This document shows, piece by piece, positions 23,612 to 32,210 of a stretch of DNA of 41,430 nucleotides. Source of the DNA: Candidatus Micrarchaeia archaeon (GTDB lineage: Archaea > Micrarchaeota > Micrarchaeia > Micrarchaeales > CABMGC01). A model generated the notes under the pieces. That model saw only the letters and a list, made by a program, of their open reading frames with translations, was not told where the DNA came from and did not search any database. The stretch spans positions 1 through 41,430 of the forward strand of contig JBMFHL010000002.1 in NCBI GenBank assembly GCA_049976845.1, written 5' to 3'. How positions within the stretch are numbered: position 1 is the stretch's first letter; the number at the start of each line of letters is the position of its first letter. The translations under genes were made by a program, and so were the position numbers.

Positions 23612-24253
23612 TGGATCCTGCACCTCCCTGAAGATTAGGCTGTTATCTATGCTTGCGCTGAATCTCTCCTCAGCTTTCTTTGACGCATCGGCGCCAAGCA
23701 GGGCTTTATAGTGCATAGGCGCAAAAAATCTCGCTTTTATGCCTTTGCTCGCCTCGATAGCTTCATCGATATCCATTGTATAAGTGCCTCCGATCGGCAA
23801 GAGCGCAAGATCGCAATCTATGCTTTTCATTTCCTCTACAAAATCAGTATCGCCAGCGTGATAAATCCTTTTTCCACCTATCCCAATAATATAACCTACC
23901 CAATTGTTTGCCCTTGGGTGATACCCAAGCCTCTCCTTCTTTATGTTGTATGCCGGCACAGTGCTGAATTTAATGCCATTAACCTCATATTCCTTTCCAG
24001 GCTCTACTGCGAACACGTTGTAATTGGGCAGTTTCTGCCTTGATTCTGAAGGTGCAACAACTATAGTTTTCTTTCCTGCAATTTTATCAATATCTGCCGT
24101 GCTCAAATGGTCAAAGTGCGAATGCGTTATAAACACAATATCCGCAGCAGCGAAATTCCCGCTAAGCTTGAATGGATCTACATATACTATGCCATCTTTG
24201 CTTTCGAGCATAAAGCTCGCATGCCCTATCCACTTTACAAAGTCAAATTCCAT
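23597..24253 (-). CDS. Metallo-beta-lactamase-fold hydrolase (UPF0173-like)
   Basis: WIGHASFML ... VYVDPF ... VFITHSHFDHL (HxHxDH) ... YHAGDT motifs. Start at MEFDF (ATG 24253). The 3' end converges with and overlaps ksgA by 15 nt. Confidence 0.8.
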   Translation of the reverse strand: MEFDFVKWIGHASFMLESKDGIVYVDPFKLSGNFAAADIVFITHSHFDHLSTADIDKIAGKKTIVVAPSESRQKLPNYNVFAVEPGKEYEVNGIKFSTVPAYNIKKERLGYHPRANNWVGYIIGIGGKRIYHAGDTDFVEEMKSIDCDLALLPIGGTYTMDIDEAIEASKGIKARFFAPMHYKALLGADASKKAEERFSASIDNSLIFREVQDPSYSF

Positions 24254-24349
24254 AATTGTACTTCTATAGAAATAGATATAAATCTGAATATGCAAACATA
24301 ATTATAAAAGTAAAAAAATAAAAAAAATAAGGTATGAACAATTGATACT

Positions 24350-27300
24350 ATGCGAGGCGCGCAAATCCTTATTGCTCTGCTTGCCACGGTGGCTTTTATA
24401 GGCATGCCTCTTGCAAGCAATGCGGTGCATATGCCAAATGCAATGCAAATCCCTCAGCCTCCCGAGATATCGTGCCCAGGCGGGGTAACGCCGCAGGCAA
24501 GCTATACTTGTGTAACCGGAATATGCACGCTAACGCAGCCTATATGCGCCAATACCGTTACAATAAGCAATGGTGCAACGCTTTATACAGGTTCTAACAG
24601 CATAACGGCGCTGTATTCGTTCACAAATTACGGCACAATAATCGCAGAGGGTGCACCTGCAGGCTTAGCCTGTTCAAGCGGTTCATGCCCTTCAACATCG
24701 TTTACAATCGGCTCAAATGGCATTAATCAATGCTTTTTGGCATATAATACAATAACATCAATCCAGCAAGATGGGTCATGCTTGGTAGGTGTATACCAAA
24801 AGTACTGCTCATATGTGCCTTGCACTTCAGGTTATACTTGTATAGGTACTTCTAATATTCATGTTAATCCAAATACCTGCGTAGAATCCGGTGGTGGCTA
24901 TGAGGTTGGCACATGTGAAAAAACAGTAATAACGCAGTCTACTCTAGAAACTGTATGTGGAGGTGCAGGTGGAAACAGTTACAATAGCATATACAATAAT
25001 AATCCAGATTCTGCCGGTGCTGGAGGTGGTGGTGTAGGACAATTTGGAGGAGTTCCAGCATATGGCCCTAATCCTGGTGATATTTTAAATGGCGTTTCCG
25101 CAGGCGGCATGTATTCAGGTGGAGCAGGAAGCGCATATACAAACATAGGTTCATTAGGCAGTGGTGGCTATGGTGGCGGAAGTATATCAATAAATGCCAC
25201 TAACTTTTACAATTATGGAAACATAATAGCCTCAGGATCATCGGGCAGTGCAGGGAACTTCCCAGGTGGCGGAGGCGGCGGAGGCGCAATAATCATAAAG
25301 GCGATAAATACACTTGAAAATACAGGCATGATAAATGCGTCCGGCGGCAATGCGGGCGCCATCACTCCATATACAATATATGTAGGCCCCAATTCAGGAA
25401 ACTACTGCGCGAATGGCGGCGGAGGTGGTGGCGGCGTAGTAATATTGAATTTAACAGGCCCGTTGATTAGTGGAATAAGCACGCAGAACTGCATTGAACC
25501 TTTAGGTAGCGGCACAATCGAAGCATGCGGCGGTTATAGCTCAGGAAATGCACTCTGCGGCGCATATGCGACTAATGGGATGGCAGGCACGATATTTACT
25601 GAGCCATTAAATACCTATACAGTTACTTTTAATGCAGTAGTAAGTGGCGGAGGCAATTTCGACGGCTCAAGCGAGCAGGATATATTGACATTAAGCATAC
25701 CTAACACTCCTTGGAGCATCTCCCTTACTCCCTTGCAGCTGCCTTACACATTTGTGGTAGCAAACAATGTGCAAGTATCATATTCTTACCCTTCGTCATT
25801 AAGTTCATCTGGCGGTTTCATATACACTTTTAACAGCATCGAAGGCGCCAGCGGCCAGTCAGGCACTATAACAGTAAACAGCATCGAAAATATTGTAGCA
25901 AATTATATACAGAGCAGCCCCCAATGCACAACAAGCGGCGGAACTACTACCTGTATCTACCCGCAGAGCATAGAATTTCAAACATATTACTCAAATCCCT
26001 ACTGCTCATTGTATTCGCAAACTAGCACTCAGTTTGTAAAATCGCCTACAAATTCTGTGAATAATTACAATTCAAATAATGCAATTTACTTGCTAACAGC
26101 GCCATACAAATTAAGTACTACTAATCCAACAGATTCATCGTTGTTCATTCCTAGCGGCAGCAGCAGCTACATTGGCGGCGATGAGTGCCTTGCGAGCACT
26201 TCATTGCTTAATAGTGTAATAAATTATGACACTATTGTCACATACAGTGGCACGAGCCCTGCATCAGCTCAATTCTCCAACTTCAACATAGACAATATTG
26301 GCAATCTATTTTTAAACAATTTTGGGTATTCTCCAATGGTAGACAACAGCATAGCTAATGGCTTCCAGACAAATTCATACATATTTTATGCTGTGCCTTC
26401 ATTCGTTCAGCACGGCATCTGGTCATGGAGCGCCAACTTCGCCAATTTCAACAATGTGCCAAACTTGCCCCATTCTTCAACAGCCTCTCTTTCAGGTCTT
26501 TCATATACCGAAACCTTGCAAGATGGGGATACATGCACATACAGCTATTCTTACAGCGTTACAACAACTCTTGACAATGTAGAAAACTATGTAATCCCTT
26601 TCAACGAGGTAATAACAAATGCACAGAACAGCTATGTCACATTCAATACGCCAATACTGCCTTATTTAATCTACAATTTCTCAATGCCTTCGCCTGGCTC
26701 CATCCTAACCCCAATGTCAATGTCCTTATCCTATGATACATTTGGCCCGTGGAACTACTTTACGCCATCAAATTCGATAGACATGTTTCCAATTGATACA
26801 GGCAGCAGGTTCTTTGTCTCTTATAACGGCGTATTGGAGAATGAAAATCCATCAGATCTTATAGATATAGGCAAGCATATGCATAAGCTGCCAAATATGT
26901 ATAATCTACTAAATCTGCTAAATCATCTGCTAAATCAACAGGTAAGCGGCCCAATATCGATAGCGGCAACACAAAACGACTACATATACGTGCTCAACTA
27001 TTCCCAGTCAAGCGGCGATTACTACATAACAATATTGAGGCTCATACCAAAAGGCTACTACAATACGAGCAGCTACCAGCCGGATTCTGTTCAAAGCGCA
27101 TCAAGCAAAAGCGAGTGGTTTAGCAATTGGGACAATTACTGGAATAATGTGATATCAATCCAGAATGAGTCCGTATATGCAATAAGCTCGATAAACCTTG
27201 ACACATTTAATAACAGCTTCCTAACAAAGATTAATGCCCGTACTCCAGATGGCGGGAGCTCATTCAAACCTTTAAACATCTCTGTAGACAATTTCGGAGA

Positions 27301-30300
27301 TATATACATAACGGGCTTTTCTTTATTAAATTTGCCATCTCTTATACCTACCACTCTTCCTATTCCTGGAGTTGCAGAGATAACAAACACGTTGGTAAAC
27401 AATAACTGGGCCGAGGCATACAATTCAATATTTCCAGAAGGCTTTAAGCCTATGTCTGAAATAGCAGTGTCGCCAACAGGGGGCGTATTCTATGTTGCAA
27501 GTGAGACAGATGGTGGCTATGTATTTGTGTACAGCGGCAGCAACATGACTCAAATTAACAAGATAAATCTTGCATATGAAAACAGCGTAGGCGGTTATAC
27601 AACATCACAGCTTAATCTATCTTATTGGCTTTCAAACAACGGTCTCTACAATCAGTCTATACCAAGCAGCGTGCTCAGCTATATACACCCAAACGAGCCG
27701 CAGCTTGACATACCAGAATACCATCATCCCCTGGGCTTGGCAGATATCAATGGTTATCTGTATGTGCTTGACAGCTGGGCAGGGAGCATAGGCTTAAAAT
27801 ACACTCCTTCAGATTTTGGTCCAACTGACAGTGGCGTGTTCTTCGACATGCTTACGCTCAGGGTCTTTAACTCAACAGGTTCAAATATACCAATAAATGC
27901 AAACCACTTTAACGACATGTTTGCAGAGCAGGCCTGTGAGCCTCCAACTAATTCACTAGGTGATCCAATAAGCCCAAATGCTTGCTTCCCGGCAGTTAAC
28001 GGGCAACCTGATTGGAGCTCTTTTAGCTGCAGCAACAATTGCATTCAAACAGGTATACAAGGCATTTGCAAAGACAACGAATACCAATATGCGTGCACTG
28101 CGCCTAATACCAATGGAAAGTCCTCTACTTACTACTCTCTGGCTCCAGCATATGGCAATAGCGAGTATCCACCATATGGCTGGATATTAGCAGCGAATAT
28201 AACTGGCGCTGAGCTTTCTACCACTATTGGTTCAGAATTATATACAATAAACTCACCATCAAGTGTTAATTTCTGCGGGGGCAGCAATAATGGCAATCCT
28301 CCTGTATGCAATTTCAATCCTGTAAATCTTAACCCTTCAAACTACAATACCTATTCTAGCACTGTGAACTATTATAACGGGACCTACTACCCAATAGGGC
28401 CTGAATTAGATGCTATAGCAATGGCAGAACCCCTAACCGTATTAGGGGTAAGTGTAGTAAACAATGAAGCAGCACAGATGTCTGATGATGTAAAAATAGG
28501 CTGGGCGCCAGAGTACAATAAAATAGGCTTCTCTGTAAATTTCAATGACTCTATAAACATTTTGTTCCCGAACACAACGCCAATAAACCCTATCTATGAT
28601 ATTGGTGAGTATCCGATAACAAACCCTAACATGTACAGAGAATTAATTTCAACTACGCTCAACGTAGAGAATTATACAAAGCTGTTTGGCGGCTTGCCCC
28701 CATACACCTGCTACATCAATTCTGAAGACTATAGTAATACAATATGTGGCAGCATGCCAAGCATCACATACATGAATCCTCCAATCTACACAGCGGTAGA
28801 CGCCCTGAAATACCTGGAAGCTTTGGGCTCGCCGCAGATGATGACCTATGAAGGTACAATATACTCCTCTTCTTCAGGAGGGATGCCAAGAGCATACTCT
28901 GGCTGCGCAAATGTAGTCAATTCAATTGAAAATGGCCAAAGCTGTGGTGTGCTGACTCCTAATACTATAGCCTCACAGGGCAATACTGTGCTAAGCACAA
29001 CGCTCCCTTCTCCACTTAGCCCATTTGCAAGCGCCGAATATCTTGACAGCAATGTCTCAGGGTATGCGCTTATACCGTATAAATACACTTATACATTAAA
29101 TCAGAACTGGTACGATGTAAATCCTTCATCCTCAAATCCAAGCGATTGTCCTTCGAACCCTCTTTCGCAATCAACAACAAACACACAGACGGTATACTCA
29201 TACGAAATAATAAGCAACACCTCAAGCAACTTCCTTTCAACAATTGAGGGCGGCGCCACCTATTTGAGATTCCTAAATAACAAATACTACGTTGCGAACC
29301 TCTCAGATTACGGAACAATACTCTCTAAAAATATACTTTTCAATATGTTCACAGACAGGAACTTCAGCAGCATTTATGTAAACACCACAAGCCTAAGCAA
29401 CGACGGCTATTATCAGACGCTGCTTAATGCATCATTTTCTTCAAATTTTATAGTAAATACATATAATCTTGGCTCGAATCCGGCTTTTGAGACAATATCT
29501 TCAGTGCCTATAAATCCGTGGCTTTTCGGGAATGGTGCACTCTCAGAACTTACGCAATCAATTCAAAATGAATTTACTCCACTGTTTGGTACAAATGCAG
29601 GCTTTTTCTATGGCAGCAATCCTACGCCAGCTTTTGTAAACCTCTTTGACTGGTACAAGTCAAGGCTTTACACAAATCCCCTAAACCTCTACCTCAACAT
29701 GTCTTCATTCCAGTCGCCAAGCTCAATGCAAAGCATAGCATATAACACAAAAGGCTATACAAGATTGGTATACGTGCTTAATGATAAGTTCAACAATACA
29801 ATATATGTGCCACTTGATGCCGATATAGCAAACATAACAACGCTAAATCTTGCAGTAAATCCCATTGTAAATGCAACCAACCAGAACCAGACCCAGCTTG
29901 TAATAAGCGGCAATGCGACCTACTTTAATGGCGTAAAGCTTGTGCCCCTTGTGGGAAACACAATCTACCTTTATTACGGGGCAGACATAAACTATGTAAA
30001 TTATAACCCGTTTGAAGACCCTGCAAACGCTATATTGTGCACATACGGCACCAACAGCATATACATGAATCCCTCAACATGCGTTTCTTCAAACCCTGCA
30101 ATTACAAGCGATGTTCAGAATTCTGATGTATTAACATATTACCCTTCATATAACTCGATGGGTGTATGCAATCCTCCTCCAAATACACTGTTCTCGCAGC
30201 CTGCAAATAACTGCAACATATATGGCAATATCCTTCCGCAGAGCTGTAATACTCTTGCAATAAATATCCCAAGCATGTATGGCCCTCCGACAACCGAGCA

Positions 30301-30730
30301 AATCCAGCAGTGGTGCGTGCCACAATATGCAAATGGCACAGGCACATGCACATCGCAAATAGGCCTCATGGGCATTGTGACAACGAATTCCATAGGCGGC
30401 TTTTCTCTCACCGCAAACACATGTGGCATAGGACAAGCATCAATAATAGCAGAATTCTATGGCTATCCTTACGGTGAACCAATAACAGTGTCGCAGCCTT
30501 ATCTAGGCTCTTCAGGAGAGCTTGTATACAACTACTATAATAATCAAGTTAATACTCCGCCGAGCGTCGCAACATTCCAAGCTTTAAACTATAGCTGGTC
30601 TCCAAATGAGACTCTTGCTACTACTCAGATAGGGCTCGCCCAGCTTTCATACGGCAGCATAACTGTTCAGGAGGTGCTGCTGCTCCTTGCCATAACAGCT
30701 ATAATTGCCTTGCTCCTCAGGAAAAGATAA
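24350..30730 (+). CDS. Giant (2126 aa) C-terminally anchored surface protein: Cys-rich N-terminus, Gly-rich solenoid-like segment, NHL/YVTN-like beta-propeller-like repeats
   Basis: Sec signal MRGAQILIALLATVAFIGMPLASNA. Cys-rich first ~180 aa. Gly-rich segment about nt 24950..25460 (GGYGGGSISINATNFYNYGNIIASGSSGSAGNFPGGGGGGGAIIIKAINTLENTGMINASGGNAG). Strand motifs DYIYVLNYSQSSGDYYITI, NFGDIYITGF, GGVFYVASETDGGYVFVYSG and INGYLYVLDSWAG (about nt 26950..27800). Very many N-x-S/T sequons. Single C-terminal TM plus basic tail (LLLLAITAIIALLLRKR). Confidence 0.85.
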   Translation: MRGAQILIALLATVAFIGMPLASNAVHMPNAMQIPQPPEISCPGGVTPQASYTCVTGICTLTQPICANTVTISNGATLYTGSNSITALYSFTNYGTIIAEGAPAGLACSSGSCPSTSFTIGSNGINQCFLAYNTITSIQQDGSCLVGVYQKYCSYVPCTSGYTCIGTSNIHVNPNTCVESGGGYEVGTCEKTVITQSTLETVCGGAGGNSYNSIYNNNPDSAGAGGGGVGQFGGVPAYGPNPGDILNGVSAGGMYSGGAGSAYTNIGSLGSGGYGGGSISINATNFYNYGNIIASGSSGSAGNFPGGGGGGGAIIIKAINTLENTGMINASGGNAGAITPYTIYVGPNSGNYCANGGGGGGGVVILNLTGPLISGISTQNCIEPLGSGTIEACGGYSSGNALCGAYATNGMAGTIFTEPLNTYTVTFNAVVSGGGNFDGSSEQDILTLSIPNTPWSISLTPLQLPYTFVVANNVQVSYSYPSSLSSSGGFIYTFNSIEGASGQSGTITVNSIENIVANYIQSSPQCTTSGGTTTCIYPQSIEFQTYYSNPYCSLYSQTSTQFVKSPTNSVNNYNSNNAIYLLTAPYKLSTTNPTDSSLFIPSGSSSYIGGDECLASTSLLNSVINYDTIVTYSGTSPASAQFSNFNIDNIGNLFLNNFGYSPMVDNSIANGFQTNSYIFYAVPSFVQHGIWSWSANFANFNNVPNLPHSSTASLSGLSYTETLQDGDTCTYSYSYSVTTTLDNVENYVIPFNEVITNAQNSYVTFNTPILPYLIYNFSMPSPGSILTPMSMSLSYDTFGPWNYFTPSNSIDMFPIDTGSRFFVSYNGVLENENPSDLIDIGKHMHKLPNMYNLLNLLNHLLNQQVSGPISIAATQNDYIYVLNYSQSSGDYYITILRLIPKGYYNTSSYQPDSVQSASSKSEWFSNWDNYWNNVISIQNESVYAISSINLDTFNNSFLTKINARTPDGGSSFKPLNISVDNFGDIYITGFSLLNLPSLIPTTLPIPGVAEITNTLVNNNWAEAYNSIFPEGFKPMSEIAVSPTGGVFYVASETDGGYVFVYSGSNMTQINKINLAYENSVGGYTTSQLNLSYWLSNNGLYNQSIPSSVLSYIHPNEPQLDIPEYHHPLGLADINGYLYVLDSWAGSIGLKYTPSDFGPTDSGVFFDMLTLRVFNSTGSNIPINANHFNDMFAEQACEPPTNSLGDPISPNACFPAVNGQPDWSSFSCSNNCIQTGIQGICKDNEYQYACTAPNTNGKSSTYYSLAPAYGNSEYPPYGWILAANITGAELSTTIGSELYTINSPSSVNFCGGSNNGNPPVCNFNPVNLNPSNYNTYSSTVNYYNGTYYPIGPELDAIAMAEPLTVLGVSVVNNEAAQMSDDVKIGWAPEYNKIGFSVNFNDSINILFPNTTPINPIYDIGEYPITNPNMYRELISTTLNVENYTKLFGGLPPYTCYINSEDYSNTICGSMPSITYMNPPIYTAVDALKYLEALGSPQMMTYEGTIYSSSSGGMPRAYSGCANVVNSIENGQSCGVLTPNTIASQGNTVLSTTLPSPLSPFASAEYLDSNVSGYALIPYKYTYTLNQNWYDVNPSSSNPSDCPSNPLSQSTTNTQTVYSYEIISNTSSNFLSTIEGGATYLRFLNNKYYVANLSDYGTILSKNILFNMFTDRNFSSIYVNTTSLSNDGYYQTLLNASFSSNFIVNTYNLGSNPAFETISSVPINPWLFGNGALSELTQSIQNEFTPLFGTNAGFFYGSNPTPAFVNLFDWYKSRLYTNPLNLYLNMSSFQSPSSMQSIAYNTKGYTRLVYVLNDKFNNTIYVPLDADIANITTLNLAVNPIVNATNQNQTQLVISGNATYFNGVKLVPLVGNTIYLYYGADINYVNYNPFEDPANAILCTYGTNSIYMNPSTCVSSNPAITSDVQNSDVLTYYPSYNSMGVCNPPPNTLFSQPANNCNIYGNILPQSCNTLAINIPSMYGPPTTEQIQQWCVPQYANGTGTCTSQIGLMGIVTTNSIGGFSLTANTCGIGQASIIAEFYGYPYGEPITVSQPYLGSSGELVYNYYNNQVNTPPSVATFQALNYSWSPNETLATTQIGLAQLSYGSITVQEVLLLLAITAIIALLLRKR

Positions 30731-30768
30731 TTATTTATATCAAAAAGCACCCTATAGTAGTGACAAAG

Positions 30769-31680
30769 ATGATATACATAATGCTATCATTGGGTGCACT
30801 AAACGCTTTCATACCACTGATAATAATACTCATACTAGTCGCAGCTGCTGCTGGTCTTATGCGCGGCTATAATATTTTCAGCATTTTTGGAATCTCAGCG
30901 CTTCTTGGCATGTCCCAGGCAAAGGGTAGTTTTGCTGGAAAGAACGCAAGCAGGGCAACAGTCGGTGTGATAAGCAGGGGCATAGGCACAACCGCATCAA
31001 GATATGGGGGCGTTGCAGGGAAGATGACGCAGGCAAAAGTCAAAGAATTAAGTAAATTTGCAAAATCCTATGCCCAGATAGGAAGGCAAGCTTATAACAA
31101 TGCGCTAGCCCAGGGATTAACAAGCGGTCAGGCCCTTCTGGCATCTAAGAATGCAGTTTCGGCACAAAGGCACGCAGACAAAGCAGCCAAGCTTGCAAAT
31201 TCAAAAGATGGTGCTCTAGACAAGCTCTATGATTCGGTAAATGACGCAGAGCAGAAAAAGCTTATCTCAAACACAGATGCAGACAATATACGTCAGGAGA
31301 TATTAAAAGCAAGGCAGAGCAGCGCGGCTGCAGCAGCAGCTGCGGTAGACGCCCTGAATAATCCAGGAAATTCAAGATCCTACCTTAGCAAAGCAAGGAA
31401 TGAGCGCCAATATGTAATAGCAAATGCCCAAAATGCTCTACGTATGTCTCGTACTTCAGCTAATAACATATCCTCACAATTGTTTTCATCAGGAACGGCA
31501 AGGGCAGCCAATAAATTAGTAAAGCTCTCTGTAGGCTCCAAGTCTTACAACAAACTCCTGAAAGTACATGGAAAAATTGCCCACCTGCAAAATCCAAATC
31601 GCGTCTCTAAGTCAGATAAAATAAAATCGCTTGAGGGCTTGCGCAACAGCATAAAAGAGACCGAAAAGCAGCTGCATTAG
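30769..31680 (+). CDS. N-terminally anchored Ala/Lys/Ser/Asn-rich low-complexity (coiled-coil-like) protein
   Basis: ATG 30769 is preferred over the track's GTG 30760. Two N-terminal hydrophobic helices (LSLGALNAFIPLIIILILVAAAAGL; IFSIFGISALLGM). About 250 aa of A/K/S/N/Q-rich sequence follow, including SSAAAAAAAVDA. It begins about 38 nt after the giant gene, so is probably co-transcribed. Confidence 0.65.
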   Translation: MIYIMLSLGALNAFIPLIIILILVAAAAGLMRGYNIFSIFGISALLGMSQAKGSFAGKNASRATVGVISRGIGTTASRYGGVAGKMTQAKVKELSKFAKSYAQIGRQAYNNALAQGLTSGQALLASKNAVSAQRHADKAAKLANSKDGALDKLYDSVNDAEQKKLISNTDADNIRQEILKARQSSAAAAAAAVDALNNPGNSRSYLSKARNERQYVIANAQNALRMSRTSANNISSQLFSSGTARAANKLVKLSVGSKSYNKLLKVHGKIAHLQNPNRVSKSDKIKSLEGLRNSIKETEKQLH

Positions 31681-31760
31681 CATAAAAATAAATCAATTAG
31701 TATAAAATAATAAACAAAAAAATCGAAGGCATTTTTTAGCCAATGGATCGGCAACAGGAT

Positions 31761-31865
31761 TTATTCTTCCTCGTCGAATTCATCGCCGTCGTCTCCGAAT
31801 TCATTTTCGTCGTCGTCATCTGTTCCTTCTTCTTCTCCATCTTCTTCATCTTCTTCTGCCATCAT
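31761..31865 (-). CDS. Extremely acidic micro-ORF (34 aa), hypothetical
   Basis: Not in the track. The minus strand reads ATGATG...TAA = MMAEEDEEDGEEEGTDDDDENEFGDDGDEFDEEE. An AGGTGA SD sits 3 nt upstream of the first ATG. A tttatatatatt TATA-like element lies about 60 nt upstream. A T7 run lies about 35 nt downstream of the stop. Confidence 0.3.
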   Translation of the reverse strand: MMAEEDEEDGEEEGTDDDDENEFGDDGDEFDEEE

Positions 31866-32074
31866 ATTCACCTTTTAAGCGCAGTGCTTGAAGGCAATGC
31901 GTCTGTGTGAATTCATTAATGAAAATATATATAAATCTATCTTAAATCTATTGCAGCGGCAATGCCTCTGTACTTGTACCTTAAGGAGCGGTTTTGCAAA
32001 AACAGGCTTCGTTGATTTAGTCAGACTTTATCAACAAAATTTAACTTTATCAACAAAGCCGCAAAAACCTATAG

Positions 32075-32087
32075 ATATATATTTATT
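32075..32087 (+). promoter_or_regulatory. Putative TATA box for tRNA-Ala
   Basis: atatatatttatt ends 24 nt upstream of the tRNA 5' end at 32111, the canonical archaeal TATA distance. Confidence 0.45.
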
Positions 32088-32110
32088 GTTTTGAGAAATT
32101 ATTTAATCAA

Positions 32111-32182
32111 GGGCTTGTAGCTCAGTGGTAGAGCGCCCGCTTTGCAAGCGGAAGGTCGCGAGTTCGATCCTCGCCAAGTCCA
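32111..32182 (+). tRNA. tRNA-Ala (anticodon UGC)
   Basis: Manual cloverleaf. Acceptor GGGCTTG/CAAGTCC with the G3:U70 alanine identity pair. D arm GCTC-AGTGGTA-GAGC. Anticodon loop TT-TGC-AA. T arm GCGAG-TTCGATC-CTCGC. Discriminator A. CCA is not encoded. Confidence 0.95.
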
Positions 32183-32210
32183 TACTTCAGTGAATGAGCT
32201 GGTATTTTAC

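Noticed and set aside
26906-26936. Possible tandem repeat or phase-variation site (ctaaatc x3) in the giant gene
   Set aside because: The three copies are spaced 9 and 12 nt apart, so this is not a true tandem array. It simply encodes LLNLLNHLLNQ and stays in frame. There is no homopolymer tract.
32142-32210. N-terminal extension of the 591-aa track ORF (MQAEGREFDPRQ...)
   Set aside because: The extension overlaps the 3' half of tRNA-Ala. The internal ATG at 32211 starts a textbook signal peptide, so the shorter CDS was chosen.
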